DNA of 63,367 nt from Actinomycetota bacterium (GCA_050998695.1 JBPCPX010000032.1:1-63367); one strand, 5' to 3'; shown: positions 52,799 through 62,587, counted from the stretch's first letter. Notes: generated from the letters alone by a model not told the origin. Made by a program: numbers and translations.

Positions 52799-55023
52799 CG
52801 GTCCCGCCCCATCTCGGTCGGCACCACGCCGGAGATCGTCGTCCCGGCGTCGGGCGCGGTGCGGACCTCGAGCGTTCCCCCGATCGCGTCCAGGCGGTCG
52901 GCCATCCCCTGGAGCCCGGTGCCGCCGCCCTTGGCGGCCGCGTCGAACCCACGACCGTCGTCTACGATCTCGAACCGGAGCTCCTCCTCATCCTGTCGAA
53001 TGCGGATCTCGACGGTCGACGCCTCCGCGTACTTCGCGACGTTGTTCAGCGCCTCGAGGCAGCAGAAGTACACGGCCGACTCCACATCCGGACCGTAGCG
53101 GCCGACACCGTCGGGTTGCACGGAGACGGGAACCGGTGACTTCCGAGCTTGCGCCTCGAGTGCGGCTGGCAGACCTTTGTCGGCGAGCAGTGGCGGATAG
53201 ATCCCTCGGGCGAGATCCCGGACATCCTCGAGTGTCTCGACCGTGCGCGCCTGGAGATCCGCGAGCACGGCTCGAGCCTTCGCCGGATCGCGGTCGACCA
53301 TGCTCTCGGCGAGGCGCAGCTGCACCGAGAGCGCCACAAGTTGTTGCTGCGCGCCGTCGTGGATGTTCCGCTCGAGGGCGCGAGCCCGTTCGTCCTGAGC
53401 GCTCACGATCCGCCTGCGTGACTCACGGAGGTCTTCGATCAATCGCACGTTGCGCAGCACCAGGCCCGCCTGCGCAGCCATGTCTCGGATCAGCTTCTCT
53501 TTCGTGGGGTTCATGGGATCGTCCGCCGCCGCGATGATGGTGAGCGCACCCAGGAGCTCGCCCTGGTGTTTCACCTCGAACGCCTCTTCCGCCCCGAAGT
53601 CCGGAAGCTCGTCCTCCCGAACGGCCACGCCCGAAGGGATCGCACTTCCCGGGGGCCAGGAGGCCTCAACCCGCATCTCGTCGCCGATGCGCAGCCAGGC
53701 CCGCGCGGTCCGTGCGCCGCTTGCTTCACCGAGGAGTTGCACCATCCGCGGGAGCACGTCCTCGGTCGAGTACGTCTCGCCGACACGCTCCCCGAACTCG
53801 GAGAGCACCTCGTACGGCGTGGCGCGCTTCCCGTACACGACCCGGTTCGCCCACCGGCGAGCGCGGGTCCGGATCAGCATGAATCCGACCGCCAGGATCG
53901 CCCCGATCGCGACCGGCACGGGATCGGTCACGCCCCCTCCGACGCCCAAGACGGCCGTTGGGATCGCGACGAGCACGAGTCCGAGGACGGCCGTGAACCC
54001 TGCCGCGAGCACTCCGTATTGCAAGGTCTTCTTGACGACGACGTCGAGATCCCAGAGGCCGTGACGGAAGATCGCGACGAGGTACGCGGCGGGGACGCCC
54101 AGCACGATCGTGAACGCGGTGAGCGCGAAGAACGCTTCGAAGACGGGGGCGTCCTCATTCCGGAAGAAGAGCTCGGCTCCCAGGCCGACCACCCACTGCA
54201 TCACGAAGAAGAAGCCGGCGAGCGAGGCCACGTAGGCCAACCACCGCATCTGCTGGCGTTCCTCTCCGACCGCGCGCTTGAACCGCTGTCGCACGGCGAC
54301 GACGGTGGAGGCGGCGGAGAGCAGGGCGATCACGGTGCCCACCTGGATCACCTTCGGCGCGAAGGTCGCCAAGCTGTCGATCCCGAACGGGTTCTCATAG
54401 AGGATCCCGTCCCCGATCCAGTTGTTGTAGGGGCCGGGGCGGACGGAGAAGCCGACGATCGCGAGGGCAGTGCCCCCGACGAGACCGGCGACGGCCCATC
54501 GCCATCGACGGCTGGGCGCATGACCGTCCGGGTACAGGAGGAACAGGAGCGGGAGCAGCGCGATCGGATACAGGGCGTACTCGCCGAGGGTGGCCCAGAG
54601 CCCGACCAGTGGGACGGAACCCGGCTCGGCCTTCAGTCCGTGGATCACGAGTGCCTGGCCGAGCGTGAGCAACGGGAACGGGGCGCCGGTGATCAGGAAG
54701 ATCCATCCGGCCCAGTTCCGCGGTTGTCGCCATACGATCAGGAAGCCGACGCCGAGCCACACGAGCAAGAGCACGACGAGGACGGCGAAGCCTGGGTTGT
54801 ACCCGCCGGTGCTGGCCTCGAGCGCGTCCCCGCGCGCACGCTCCCTCTGGAGCTCCCTCAACAACACTTGCATCCGGGGCGTGCTCAGGTCCCCCACCAC
54901 GACGATCTCTCCCGGCCCGACCCGCTGACGGGCGGCCAGCCCGACCGGGATGGAGGCGACGACCGCGACGAAGCTGAGTCCGACGATGACTCCCGCGATC
55001 ATCCGTGCGGTCTTCGGGCTCAT
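52795..55023 (-). CDS. polytopic GAF-like/HisKA_3 sensor histidine kinase (HK2)
   Basis: 742 aa. GEERQQMRWL, ATPYEVLSEF, ERNIHDGAQQQLVAL (His codon 53359-53361), AVYFCCLEALNNVAKYA, DDGRGFD, GTGLQGMADRL. 4-nt overlaps at both ends. Confidence 0.88.
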   Translation of the reverse strand: MSPKTARMIAGVIVGLSFVAVVASIPVGLAARQRVGPGEIVVVGDLSTPRMQVLLRELQRERARGDALEASTGGYNPGFAVLVVLLLVWLGVGFLIVWRQPRNWAGWIFLITGAPFPLLTLGQALVIHGLKAEPGSVPLVGLWATLGEYALYPIALLPLLFLLYPDGHAPSRRWRWAVAGLVGGTALAIVGFSVRPGPYNNWIGDGILYENPFGIDSLATFAPKVIQVGTVIALLSAASTVVAVRQRFKRAVGEERQQMRWLAYVASLAGFFFVMQWVVGLGAELFFRNEDAPVFEAFFALTAFTIVLGVPAAYLVAIFRHGLWDLDVVVKKTLQYGVLAAGFTAVLGLVLVAIPTAVLGVGGGVTDPVPVAIGAILAVGFMLIRTRARRWANRVVYGKRATPYEVLSEFGERVGETYSTEDVLPRMVQLLGEASGARTARAWLRIGDEMRVEASWPPGSAIPSGVAVREDELPDFGAEEAFEVKHQGELLGALTIIAAADDPMNPTKEKLIRDMAAQAGLVLRNVRLIEDLRESRRRIVSAQDERARALERNIHDGAQQQLVALSVQLRLAESMVDRDPAKARAVLADLQARTVETLEDVRDLARGIYPPLLADKGLPAALEAQARKSPVPVSVQPDGVGRYGPDVESAVYFCCLEALNNVAKYAEASTVEIRIRQDEEELRFEIVDDGRGFDAAAKGGGTGLQGMADRLDAIGGTLEVRTAPDAGTTISGVVPTEMGRDR

Positions 55024-57134
55024 CCCACCACCTCGGATATACGGGCCGGTACGGTTCCGGTGACCGTCGTCCCCTCTCCAGGCACGCTCTCGATCGTGAG
55101 GGTGCCCCCGAACGCGGCCATCCGGTCGCGCATGATCTGGAACCCTTCGCCCTCGGTCGCCCGTTCGACGGTGAAGCCGGCCCCGTGGTCGTGAACGGTG
55201 AACGAGAGCCTCTCGCCGGCCTGGTCGATCGAGATCTCGATCGGAGATCCCGGGGCATGGCGCACCGCGTTCTGAACCGCCTGCACGCAGCAGAAGTACA
55301 CGGCGGCCTCGATGGCGTAGTCGTAGCGGGTCCCGGGTTCGCCCGTCTCGATCGAGAATCGTGACTCCGACCCGGCACGTCGGGCCATCGCCGAGAGGGC
55401 CGCAGCAAGTCCTTGATCGACGAGGAGCGGAGGGAAGATCCCGCGCGCGACTTCCCGAAGGTCGTCCAGCGCGGCGTTCGTCCGTTCGCTCAGATGGTCG
55501 AGCGAGGCTCGCACAGGATCGGGGTGTGCCGCCACACGCTCCGCATCGAAGCCGATCTGGTCACGGATCCGGGCGATCTCCGCTCCCACGCCGTCCCTGA
55601 GCTCTTGCTCCAACCTCCGTCGCTGGGCGTCGCGTACGGTCACCAACCGTTCACGAGACAGCCGGAGCTCCTCGTTCTGCGATGCGAGGTCTTCCGCCCG
55701 CGCTTCGAGGTCGAGCGTCAGCCGTGCGTTCTGGAGAGCGATCCCCGCGTGCCCGGCGAGGTCCTCCAGAAGTGATCGCTCGGCTGAACGGAGGGGCTCG
55801 CTCGCCTGCTTCACGATCGCGAGATCGCCGATCGGCTTGCCCGCGTGGTCGATGCCGAGGACCAGCGTGGGCTCGGCGATGTCGGTGTCCGGCGGCCACG
55901 TGGCCGCCAGCGTCCGGCCCTCCTCCATGAAGAGCTGTACGCGGGCGGCTCGCGCGCCTACCCCCCGACCCGCCGCCTCGGCCATGTCGGAAAGCACGTG
56001 ATCCGCCGAGGGTACTCCCGCCACCCGATGGCCGAATTCCGCCATGACCTCGTACGGAGTGGCGCGGCGCCCATACACGATCCGATTCGCCACCTGCTGG
56101 AGCAACGACCACGCTGGTTGCACGCCGACCGCGACGAGGGCGGTCGCAGCGATCCTGAGGGCCTGGCTGCGCGTATCGCCGATCAACTCGCCGATCCCCA
56201 CGACGAGCCCGACGTAGACGGCAGCGATGCCGAGGGCTAACGCGACGTATGCGATGGTCTTGGAGACGACGACGTCGACGTCATAGAGGCGGTATCGGAA
56301 GATCGCGAGCGCGGTGGCCGACGGGATCCCCAGCACCAGCACCACGGCAAGCGAGATCCAGAGGACATCGGACTCAGGCCCCGAGATCAGGAATCCTTGT
56401 ACGAGCATCGCGACCAGGATGGCGGCGGCCGCGAGTGCCACCAGCATCAGCCACTTGATCTGCTGTCGTTCGTCCCCTCGAGCTCGACGGAAGCGAACGA
56501 TGAGCGAGACGATCGCCGCCGCCGAGGCTGCAAGGACGATCGCAACCCCGGCGTCGAAGAGCGGTCCCCACGGACGGAGGAACTCGAGCCCGAGCGGGTT
56601 CCGGATCCGGAAGCGGTTCGGCTCGGCGTAGATGACGCCAGGGCGGAACAGGAGCCAGACCAAGCAGAGCAGACTCCCGACCAGCCAGGCACGGCTCACC
56701 CATCGCCATCGAGGGGTAGGCGGTGCCCCCGTCGGGAACAAGAGGAAGAGCATCGGGATCGCGAGCGCCATCACGGGGGGGAACAGGCTCGCCGTCACCC
56801 CTGCGATCCCCGTGCCGGGGAGGCTCGGGACGTATGGCTCCCGGAACGCGACGACGACGTACCCTTCGCCGGGCAAGCCGAGAGCCAGCGCGCCGCCCAT
56901 CACGAGGAACACCCAGCCCAGGACATTGCCGGCACGGGTCACGATGAGCCGACCGAGCGTGGAGAACCCGCTCACGAGCACGATGACGAGAACCACGAAG
57001 AGCAGATCGCCCCCACCCTCCCCGGTAAGAGCCCCGCCGATCACCGCGAGGATGACCAGCGCGAGGATGGCGAGCGAGGCGACGTGGACGATCCTGGCAC
57101 ACCGCGACGAGCGCGTCGCCGTTCGTTCGCTCAC
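55020..57134 (-). CDS. polytopic GAF-like/HisKA_3-type kinase paralogue lacking the phospho-acceptor His (HK3, predicted pseudokinase)
   Basis: 704 aa. GDERQQIKWL, ATPYEVMAEF. The H-box position reads RRRLEQELRDGVGAEI (Arg codon AGG at 55596-55598). The N-box AVYFCCVQAVQNAVRHA is retained. G-boxes DHGAGFT and GEGFQIMRDRM. Confidence 0.8.
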   Translation of the reverse strand: MSERTATRSSRCARIVHVASLAILALVILAVIGGALTGEGGGDLLFVVLVIVLVSGFSTLGRLIVTRAGNVLGWVFLVMGGALALGLPGEGYVVVAFREPYVPSLPGTGIAGVTASLFPPVMALAIPMLFLLFPTGAPPTPRWRWVSRAWLVGSLLCLVWLLFRPGVIYAEPNRFRIRNPLGLEFLRPWGPLFDAGVAIVLAASAAAIVSLIVRFRRARGDERQQIKWLMLVALAAAAILVAMLVQGFLISGPESDVLWISLAVVLVLGIPSATALAIFRYRLYDVDVVVSKTIAYVALALGIAAVYVGLVVGIGELIGDTRSQALRIAATALVAVGVQPAWSLLQQVANRIVYGRRATPYEVMAEFGHRVAGVPSADHVLSDMAEAAGRGVGARAARVQLFMEEGRTLAATWPPDTDIAEPTLVLGIDHAGKPIGDLAIVKQASEPLRSAERSLLEDLAGHAGIALQNARLTLDLEARAEDLASQNEELRLSRERLVTVRDAQRRRLEQELRDGVGAEIARIRDQIGFDAERVAAHPDPVRASLDHLSERTNAALDDLREVARGIFPPLLVDQGLAAALSAMARRAGSESRFSIETGEPGTRYDYAIEAAVYFCCVQAVQNAVRHAPGSPIEISIDQAGERLSFTVHDHGAGFTVERATEGEGFQIMRDRMAAFGGTLTIESVPGEGTTVTGTVPARISEVVG

Positions 57135-59203
57135 GACGACCGCACCCTTGCCGGCACTCGCAGCCGCCCCGAGACCGTCGTTCCCGAGCCCTGCGTCGAG
57201 GTGATCGTGACGTCGCCTCCGAATGCGGCCAAGCGATCACGCATGTTCTGCAGGCCGGTGCCGCGCGGCGCCACCGCCGAGTCGAAGCCGACCCCGTCGT
57301 CTTCCACCCAGAAGGAAAGGCCGTCATCGTCGCGAGCGAGGCGAACGCGAACCTCGGTCCCCCGCGCGTACTTGGCGGCGTTCTGCATCGCCTCGAGGCA
57401 CACGAAATACACGGCGGCCTCGATCTCGATCGGAAGTCGGTCGACCCCGTCGCTGTCGACCGAGACGGGGACGCCGGCCGCTCCACCTTGCGCGGCCAAG
57501 GCGGTGCCGACCCCTTGTTCTTCCAGCACCGAGGGATAGATTCCGCTGGCCAGGTCGAGCAGTGTCGTGAGCGCGAGATCCGTCTGATCCCTGAGGTCCG
57601 TGAGCTGGTCCGCCGCCCGCCGCGGGTCCTTCGCCGCCGTGGTACCCACGAGACGAAGCTTCACTGCGAGCGCCACCAGATGTTGCTGTGCGCCATCGTG
57701 GATGTTGCGCTCCAGTCGGCGGCGTTCGGCGTCATGGGCCTGCACGATCCGCATCCGCGATCCCTGGAGCTCACGAGCCCGAACGGAGAGCTCGTCGACC
57801 CGCGCCTGCAACTCGCCGGTGAGCGACAGGTTCCGGATGACCAGCCCCGTCTGGGAAGCCAGGTCGGCGAGGAGCTTCTCCTCGGTGGGGCGAAGTGGCT
57901 GGCCCGGCGCCGTCCAGACGCGGATCTCCCCGAGCACCTGGTCCTGATGCCTGATCTCCTGGATCAGCGGATCTGAGGCACCCGGCGTGCTGTCCGATGG
58001 CCAGACCGCGGAGGGATGAAGCATCCCGTCGGCGCGGAGCCAGATCTCGACGTGGCTCGCGCCGGTTCCCTCGGCGATCACTCGAGCGGTGCGAGGAACC
58101 ACGTCCTCGGCGGCGAACGTCGCGCCGACGCGGTCGCTGAAGCGGGCCAGCACCTCGTAGGGCTCCGCGCGCCTGCCGAACACGAGCCGGTTGGCGAGTC
58201 TCGTGACTCGGCGCCGGATCGGCTGGAAGAGCGCCGCGACGAGAGCGGTGGCCACGAGCGAGGGGACGAGCGAGTCGGTCGCGAGTGTGCTGATCACGAC
58301 AACGACGGCAACGTAGACGCCGGTGATGAAAACGGCGAGCGCGCCGAACACGAGGGTCCGCCGGATGACGACGTCGATCTCGTAGAGGCCGTATTTCAGG
58401 ATCGCCAAGCCGATGGCGGTAGGGACGCCGATCGCGAGCACGATGAAGAAGAGGAAGAAGAACGCGTTGTTCACGGCGACGTTGCTCTCGGTGGCGAAGG
58501 TGCCGACCATCAGCACGAGCGCTGCGATGCCGACATACGCCAGCCACCTGATCTGCTGGCGCTCGTCTCCGGACGACCTCCTGAACCTGAGCACCAAGGC
58601 CGTCAGTGCCGCGAGCGCGGCCACGAGCGAGCCGATGCCCCCGACCGTCAGGAAGACGTCTGCCACTGGCTCGAGCGACTCGATCGCGGTCGGATTCTCC
58701 AGATGGAAGCGGTCCGGCGTCTCGAGCCCGTTCGGCGAAAGAACGAACCCGAGGACGGCGAGGAGCGTCAGGCCCGCGATCGCCCAGACGAGGAGCCGCC
58801 ATCTGCGCGAAGGCGGCCGGCCATCCGGGAACAGCACCAGGACGAGCGGGATCGATTCCAGCGCCAAGACGAAGAGCCAGCTCTGCAACCAGGCGAGCGG
58901 GATGACGAACGCCATCGAACCGGTGACGAGTCCGCGGGTCACGAACTCATCTGCGAACGCCGACAGAGCGAAGACCGTCGCGGTCGCGCAGAAGAGCCAT
59001 CCGATCGCATTGCCGGGCCGCCGTGAGGCCATCAGCGCGCCGACACCACCGTAGCCGAGGACCAGACCGATCCCTCCGTAGATGACGACGAAGTCCTTCT
59101 CTCCGGACGCCGCGCCCGTCGCGAGGACGAAACTCCAGACCAGGAGGGCGATATCGATGACGAACGAGCCCCACGCGAGCCGGAAGGGAGTGCTTCTCTT
59201 CAC
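57131..59203 (-). CDS. polytopic GAF-like/HisKA_3 sensor histidine kinase (HK4)
   Basis: The GTG start at 59203 (VKRSTPFRLAWGSF..) overlaps the upstream stop (GTGA). GDERQQIRWL, AEPYEVLARF, ERNIHDGAQQHLVAL (His codon 57698-57700), AVYFVCLEAMQNAAKYA, DDGVGFD. Confidence 0.85.
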   Translation of the reverse strand: MKRSTPFRLAWGSFVIDIALLVWSFVLATGAASGEKDFVVIYGGIGLVLGYGGVGALMASRRPGNAIGWLFCATATVFALSAFADEFVTRGLVTGSMAFVIPLAWLQSWLFVLALESIPLVLVLFPDGRPPSRRWRLLVWAIAGLTLLAVLGFVLSPNGLETPDRFHLENPTAIESLEPVADVFLTVGGIGSLVAALAALTALVLRFRRSSGDERQQIRWLAYVGIAALVLMVGTFATESNVAVNNAFFFLFFIVLAIGVPTAIGLAILKYGLYEIDVVIRRTLVFGALAVFITGVYVAVVVVISTLATDSLVPSLVATALVAALFQPIRRRVTRLANRLVFGRRAEPYEVLARFSDRVGATFAAEDVVPRTARVIAEGTGASHVEIWLRADGMLHPSAVWPSDSTPGASDPLIQEIRHQDQVLGEIRVWTAPGQPLRPTEEKLLADLASQTGLVIRNLSLTGELQARVDELSVRARELQGSRMRIVQAHDAERRRLERNIHDGAQQHLVALAVKLRLVGTTAAKDPRRAADQLTDLRDQTDLALTTLLDLASGIYPSVLEEQGVGTALAAQGGAAGVPVSVDSDGVDRLPIEIEAAVYFVCLEAMQNAAKYARGTEVRVRLARDDDGLSFWVEDDGVGFDSAVAPRGTGLQNMRDRLAAFGGDVTITSTQGSGTTVSGRLRVPARVRSS

Positions 59204-61257
59204 GGCTCCACCCCCACGGGGACGGCGCCCCGGATCGTCGTGCCCAGGCCGGGCGCGGTGCGAAGGACGAACTCGCCGCCGAGCGCGGCAAGGCGGTCGG
59301 CGATCCCCTGCAGTCCCGTGCCGCGCTCGGCGGTGTGGGCGTCGAAGCCGAGGCCGTCGTCGGTGACCTCGAAGCTGAGGGTGCCGTTCGCCTGTGAGAG
59401 CCGGATCGTGACGGCCGTCGCCTCCGCGTATTTGGCGATGTTCTGCAGGGCCTCGAGGCATGAGAAGTACACGGCAGCCTCCGCCTCCTGCGGGTAGCGG
59501 CCGATCCCGTCGACCTCGACATCGACCGGCATGTGCGACTTCCGCGCCTGACTCTCGAGCGCGGCACCGAGCCCCTTGTCCGCGAGCAGCGGCGGATAGA
59601 TCCCGCGCGCGAGGTCCCGCAGGTCCTCCAGCGCCTGGCTCGTGTCGGTCTGAAGGTCGGCGAGCATCTCGTGCGCGCGCGCCTCGTTCTTGCCGAGGAG
59701 TGAGTCCGCGAGCTTCAGCTTCACGGCGAGCGCGACCAGCTGCTGCTGCGCTCCGTCGTGGATGTTCCGTTCGATCCTTCGTCGCTCCTCGTTCTGCGCG
59801 GCCACGAGCCGCTGACGCGAGGCCTTGAGGTCCTCGATCAGGGTCGCGTTCCGGAGCACGAGCCCCGCCTGCCCTGCGAGGTCCCGGATCAGCTGCTCTT
59901 TGGACGGGGTGATCGGATCGCTCGCCGGCATCTGCACCGAGAGGGCACCGAGCACCTCACCTTGATGGGCAACCTCGATCGCGGATGTCGGGATCGATCG
60001 GGCGGCAGGCTGGTGAGCGGGCCAGGTCGCTCCGGGTTGGAACCGATCGCCCACGCGGAGCCACACCGTCGCGGCATCGGCGCCGACCGCTTCGCCGAGG
60101 ACTTGCGCCATCCGTTCCAGGACGTCGTCGGCGGCGTAGGTCTCGGCCACCCGGCCGGAGAACTCGCTCAAGACCTGATAGGGGGTGGCCCGGCGCCCGA
60201 ACACGAGCCGGTCCGCGATGCGAGTGGCGACCCGGCGGAGCGGCCATACCGCCAGGCCGACCACGATCCCGGCCAGCATCCACGCGTATTCGCCCTCCCC
60301 GGCCCCCCGCAGCACGAGCCCGGCGGCCGCCCACGCGACGACGGCTCCGAGGCCGAAGAGCAGGATCGCGAGGACCGCGTAGACGACCGTCTTCTTGATC
60401 ACGAGGTCGATCGTGTACAGCCGGTACTTGAGGATCGCGACCCCGATCGCGACCGGGATCGACACGAGCGCGACAACGAGCAGGTACTCGACCACATCCA
60501 GCGACGTTGTTCCGTTCCCACCGAGGGTCCAGTAGGGGACGCCGACGATGAACGTCGAACCCAGTAGCGACAGCGCGAGCAGGAGCCACTTCAGCTGCTG
60601 CCGCTCCTCCCCCCGCGATCGGCGGTACCGGATCGCCATGGACGCGATGGCGCCGAGGAGGGCGGACGCGAACACGAGCATGACTATGTCGCCGACCGGC
60701 CGGATCCAGTCCGCGCCGTCGATCCCGAAGGGGTTGGGCACGCCGGGGAAGCTCTCGAGCTCGCCGGGTGCCAAGCCGAAGCAGAGGGCGCCGGCCGTGG
60801 CGCCGATCAGGCCGAGCACGAGGATGTATCCCCAACGGCGGGATAGGAGTTGCCCGGTGGGATAGAGCATCGGGATCACCAACGCCACCGCGGCCATGTA
60901 TGGGATCCAGACCCATTCGGTGAACCAGGCGGCGACGTCGGCGCCGGGGACTTCTCCGGGCGCGTGATAGAGGCCGTACTGCGAGTAATGCTGGGCGAAC
61001 TCCTGCACCGCCGTCCCCACTCCCGCCGCAAGGAGAACCCATCCGATCGGGTTGGAGGGGACGCGCGAAGCGATCAGGACGCCGGCGACCGCGAACGCAG
61101 ACGCGAGGATCAATCCCCACCCCTTGAACCCGAACGCCGACTCCGGGAAGGGTGTGCCGAGACCGAGGATCAGGAACACGAGGGCCGCGAGCAGGATCAC
61201 CACCGTCAGCCCCACCAGGGACCAGGCGAAGCGCGACGAGGTTCTGGATCCCGGCAT
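59200..61257 (-). CDS. polytopic GAF-like/HisKA_3 sensor histidine kinase, first gene of the array (HK5)
   Basis: ATG at 61257 (MPGSRTSSRFAWSLVGLTVV..). GEERQQLKWL, ATPYQVLSEF, ERNIHDGAQQQLVAL (His codon 59758-59760), AVYFSCLEALQNIAKYA, DDGLGFD. Confidence 0.85.
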   Translation of the reverse strand: MPGSRTSSRFAWSLVGLTVVILLAALVFLILGLGTPFPESAFGFKGWGLILASAFAVAGVLIASRVPSNPIGWVLLAAGVGTAVQEFAQHYSQYGLYHAPGEVPGADVAAWFTEWVWIPYMAAVALVIPMLYPTGQLLSRRWGYILVLGLIGATAGALCFGLAPGELESFPGVPNPFGIDGADWIRPVGDIVMLVFASALLGAIASMAIRYRRSRGEERQQLKWLLLALSLLGSTFIVGVPYWTLGGNGTTSLDVVEYLLVVALVSIPVAIGVAILKYRLYTIDLVIKKTVVYAVLAILLFGLGAVVAWAAAGLVLRGAGEGEYAWMLAGIVVGLAVWPLRRVATRIADRLVFGRRATPYQVLSEFSGRVAETYAADDVLERMAQVLGEAVGADAATVWLRVGDRFQPGATWPAHQPAARSIPTSAIEVAHQGEVLGALSVQMPASDPITPSKEQLIRDLAGQAGLVLRNATLIEDLKASRQRLVAAQNEERRRIERNIHDGAQQQLVALAVKLKLADSLLGKNEARAHEMLADLQTDTSQALEDLRDLARGIYPPLLADKGLGAALESQARKSHMPVDVEVDGIGRYPQEAEAAVYFSCLEALQNIAKYAEATAVTIRLSQANGTLSFEVTDDGLGFDAHTAERGTGLQGIADRLAALGGEFVLRTAPGLGTTIRGAVPVGVEP

Positions 61258-61437
61258 GACCAGCGCATCGTCCCATCGGTGTAGGGGTCCCTCCAAGGGC
61301 GTCGACCTGCGGTTCCCGGTGCGAGAACACCCGGGGCAAGGGAGTGCTGGCACCCCGGCGAAGTCTGCATGCACGCGCCGTCGTCGTGGCCCGGTGGGCG
61401 GCGTAGCGTCGCCATGACGAACGAAGGAGGACCTCAG

Positions 61438-61845
61438 ATGACGACGATCCTGGTGGGAACGGACACCTCGGCGGCCGCGGATCTCGCGGTGGAGGACGCG
61501 GCGCGACTCGCTCGTGACCGCGGTGCCGAGCTCTTGGTCCTGTACGTGAAGTCCGAAGGTGACGTTCGGGCGGTCGTCGACCCGGACCGGGCCGCCGACC
61601 CCCAGACGCACCTGCGTCGTCTCGCCGCGAGGTTCCCGGGTCTGTCGATCACGACCCGGATCGAGGACGGCGACGCCGCATCTCGGATCGTGGACGTGGC
61701 TGAGGAGATCCGAGCGGACACCATCGTGCTCGGGAACCGCGGCACCCACGGGTCACGATGGCGTGTTCGCGAGACGGTTCCGAACCTCGTGCTCCGGCAC
61801 GCGCCGTGCAGCGTCTACATCGTCGACACGCGGCGGGCCCAGTAG
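61438..61845 (+). CDS. universal stress protein (UspA family)
   Basis: GGAGGA RBS. MTTILVGTDTSAAADLAVEDAARLA..ADTIVLGNRGTHG..VPNLVLRHAPCSVYIV. Confidence 0.85.
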   Translation: MTTILVGTDTSAAADLAVEDAARLARDRGAELLVLYVKSEGDVRAVVDPDRAADPQTHLRRLAARFPGLSITTRIEDGDAASRIVDVAEEIRADTIVLGNRGTHGSRWRVRETVPNLVLRHAPCSVYIVDTRRAQ

Positions 61846-61871
61846 CCGTGCGCCGACGAGCCCAACGATCG

Positions 61872-62537
61872 CTACGTCTGGTCGCGCAAGAAGGCGAGCA
61901 CCGCCATCACTCGGCGGTGCACGTCGGGCTCCTCGGTCAGGCCGAGCTTGTGGAACAGCGAGTTGATGTGCTTCTCCACCGCACGCTCGGTCAGGAAGAG
62001 CGACTTCGCGATCGCGGCGTTGTTCTGTCCCTGGGCCATGTGGCCGAGCACCTCGCGCTCCCGATCGGTCAATCGAGCGAGCGGCGAATGCGCGAGATGC
62101 TCCTTGGCCGCGACGAGGGCCTCGACGATCTTCGGGTCGAGGACGCTGCCGCCCCTCGCCACCTCCGTCAGCGCGCGCACCAGTTCCTCGACATCGGCCA
62201 CGCGCTCCTTCAACAGATACCCGAGGCCGCCCGCGCCGTCCTTCAGCAGGTCGTACGCGTACTCCTCCTCCGCGAACTGCGAGAGCACCACGACGCCGAT
62301 CTCCGGATGCGACGCCCGGATCTGCTTCGCGCCGCGGATGCCCTCGTCGCTGCCGGTGGGCGGCATCCGGATGTCCGTCAGGACGGCATCCGGGCCGTGC
62401 TCGTCGACCGCCGAGAGAAGCTCGTCGAGGCTGGATGCGATGCCAACGATCTCGACCTCGTCGGCGGTCGCCAAGAGGGCGGCGGTTCCTTCCCGCACGA
62501 GATAGTTATCCTCGGCGAAGACCACCCGCAGCGGCAT
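61872..62537 (-). CDS. NarL/LuxR-family response regulator
   Basis: MPLRVVFAEDNYLVREG..DAVLTDIRMPP..GYLLK receiver, plus LTDREREVLGHMAQGQNNAAIAKSLFLTERAVEKHINSLFHKLG HTH. The start is taken at the internal ATG 62537. Confidence 0.88.
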   Translation of the reverse strand: MPLRVVFAEDNYLVREGTAALLATADEVEIVGIASSLDELLSAVDEHGPDAVLTDIRMPPTGSDEGIRGAKQIRASHPEIGVVVLSQFAEEEYAYDLLKDGAGGLGYLLKERVADVEELVRALTEVARGGSVLDPKIVEALVAAKEHLAHSPLARLTDREREVLGHMAQGQNNAAIAKSLFLTERAVEKHINSLFHKLGLTEEPDVHRRVMAVLAFLRDQT

Positions 62538-62587
62538 GCGCGGATGGTACACGCGAGGAACTTGCACAGATCTCAGGGGGCGGTTGC

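Noticed and set aside
50723-61257. The five-kinase array being an assembly duplication artefact
   Set aside because: The copies differ extensively in amino-acid sequence and length (685-742 aa). They have distinct N-termini, and one has a different H-box. Collapsed or duplicated repeats would be near-identical. A coverage check is still advisable.
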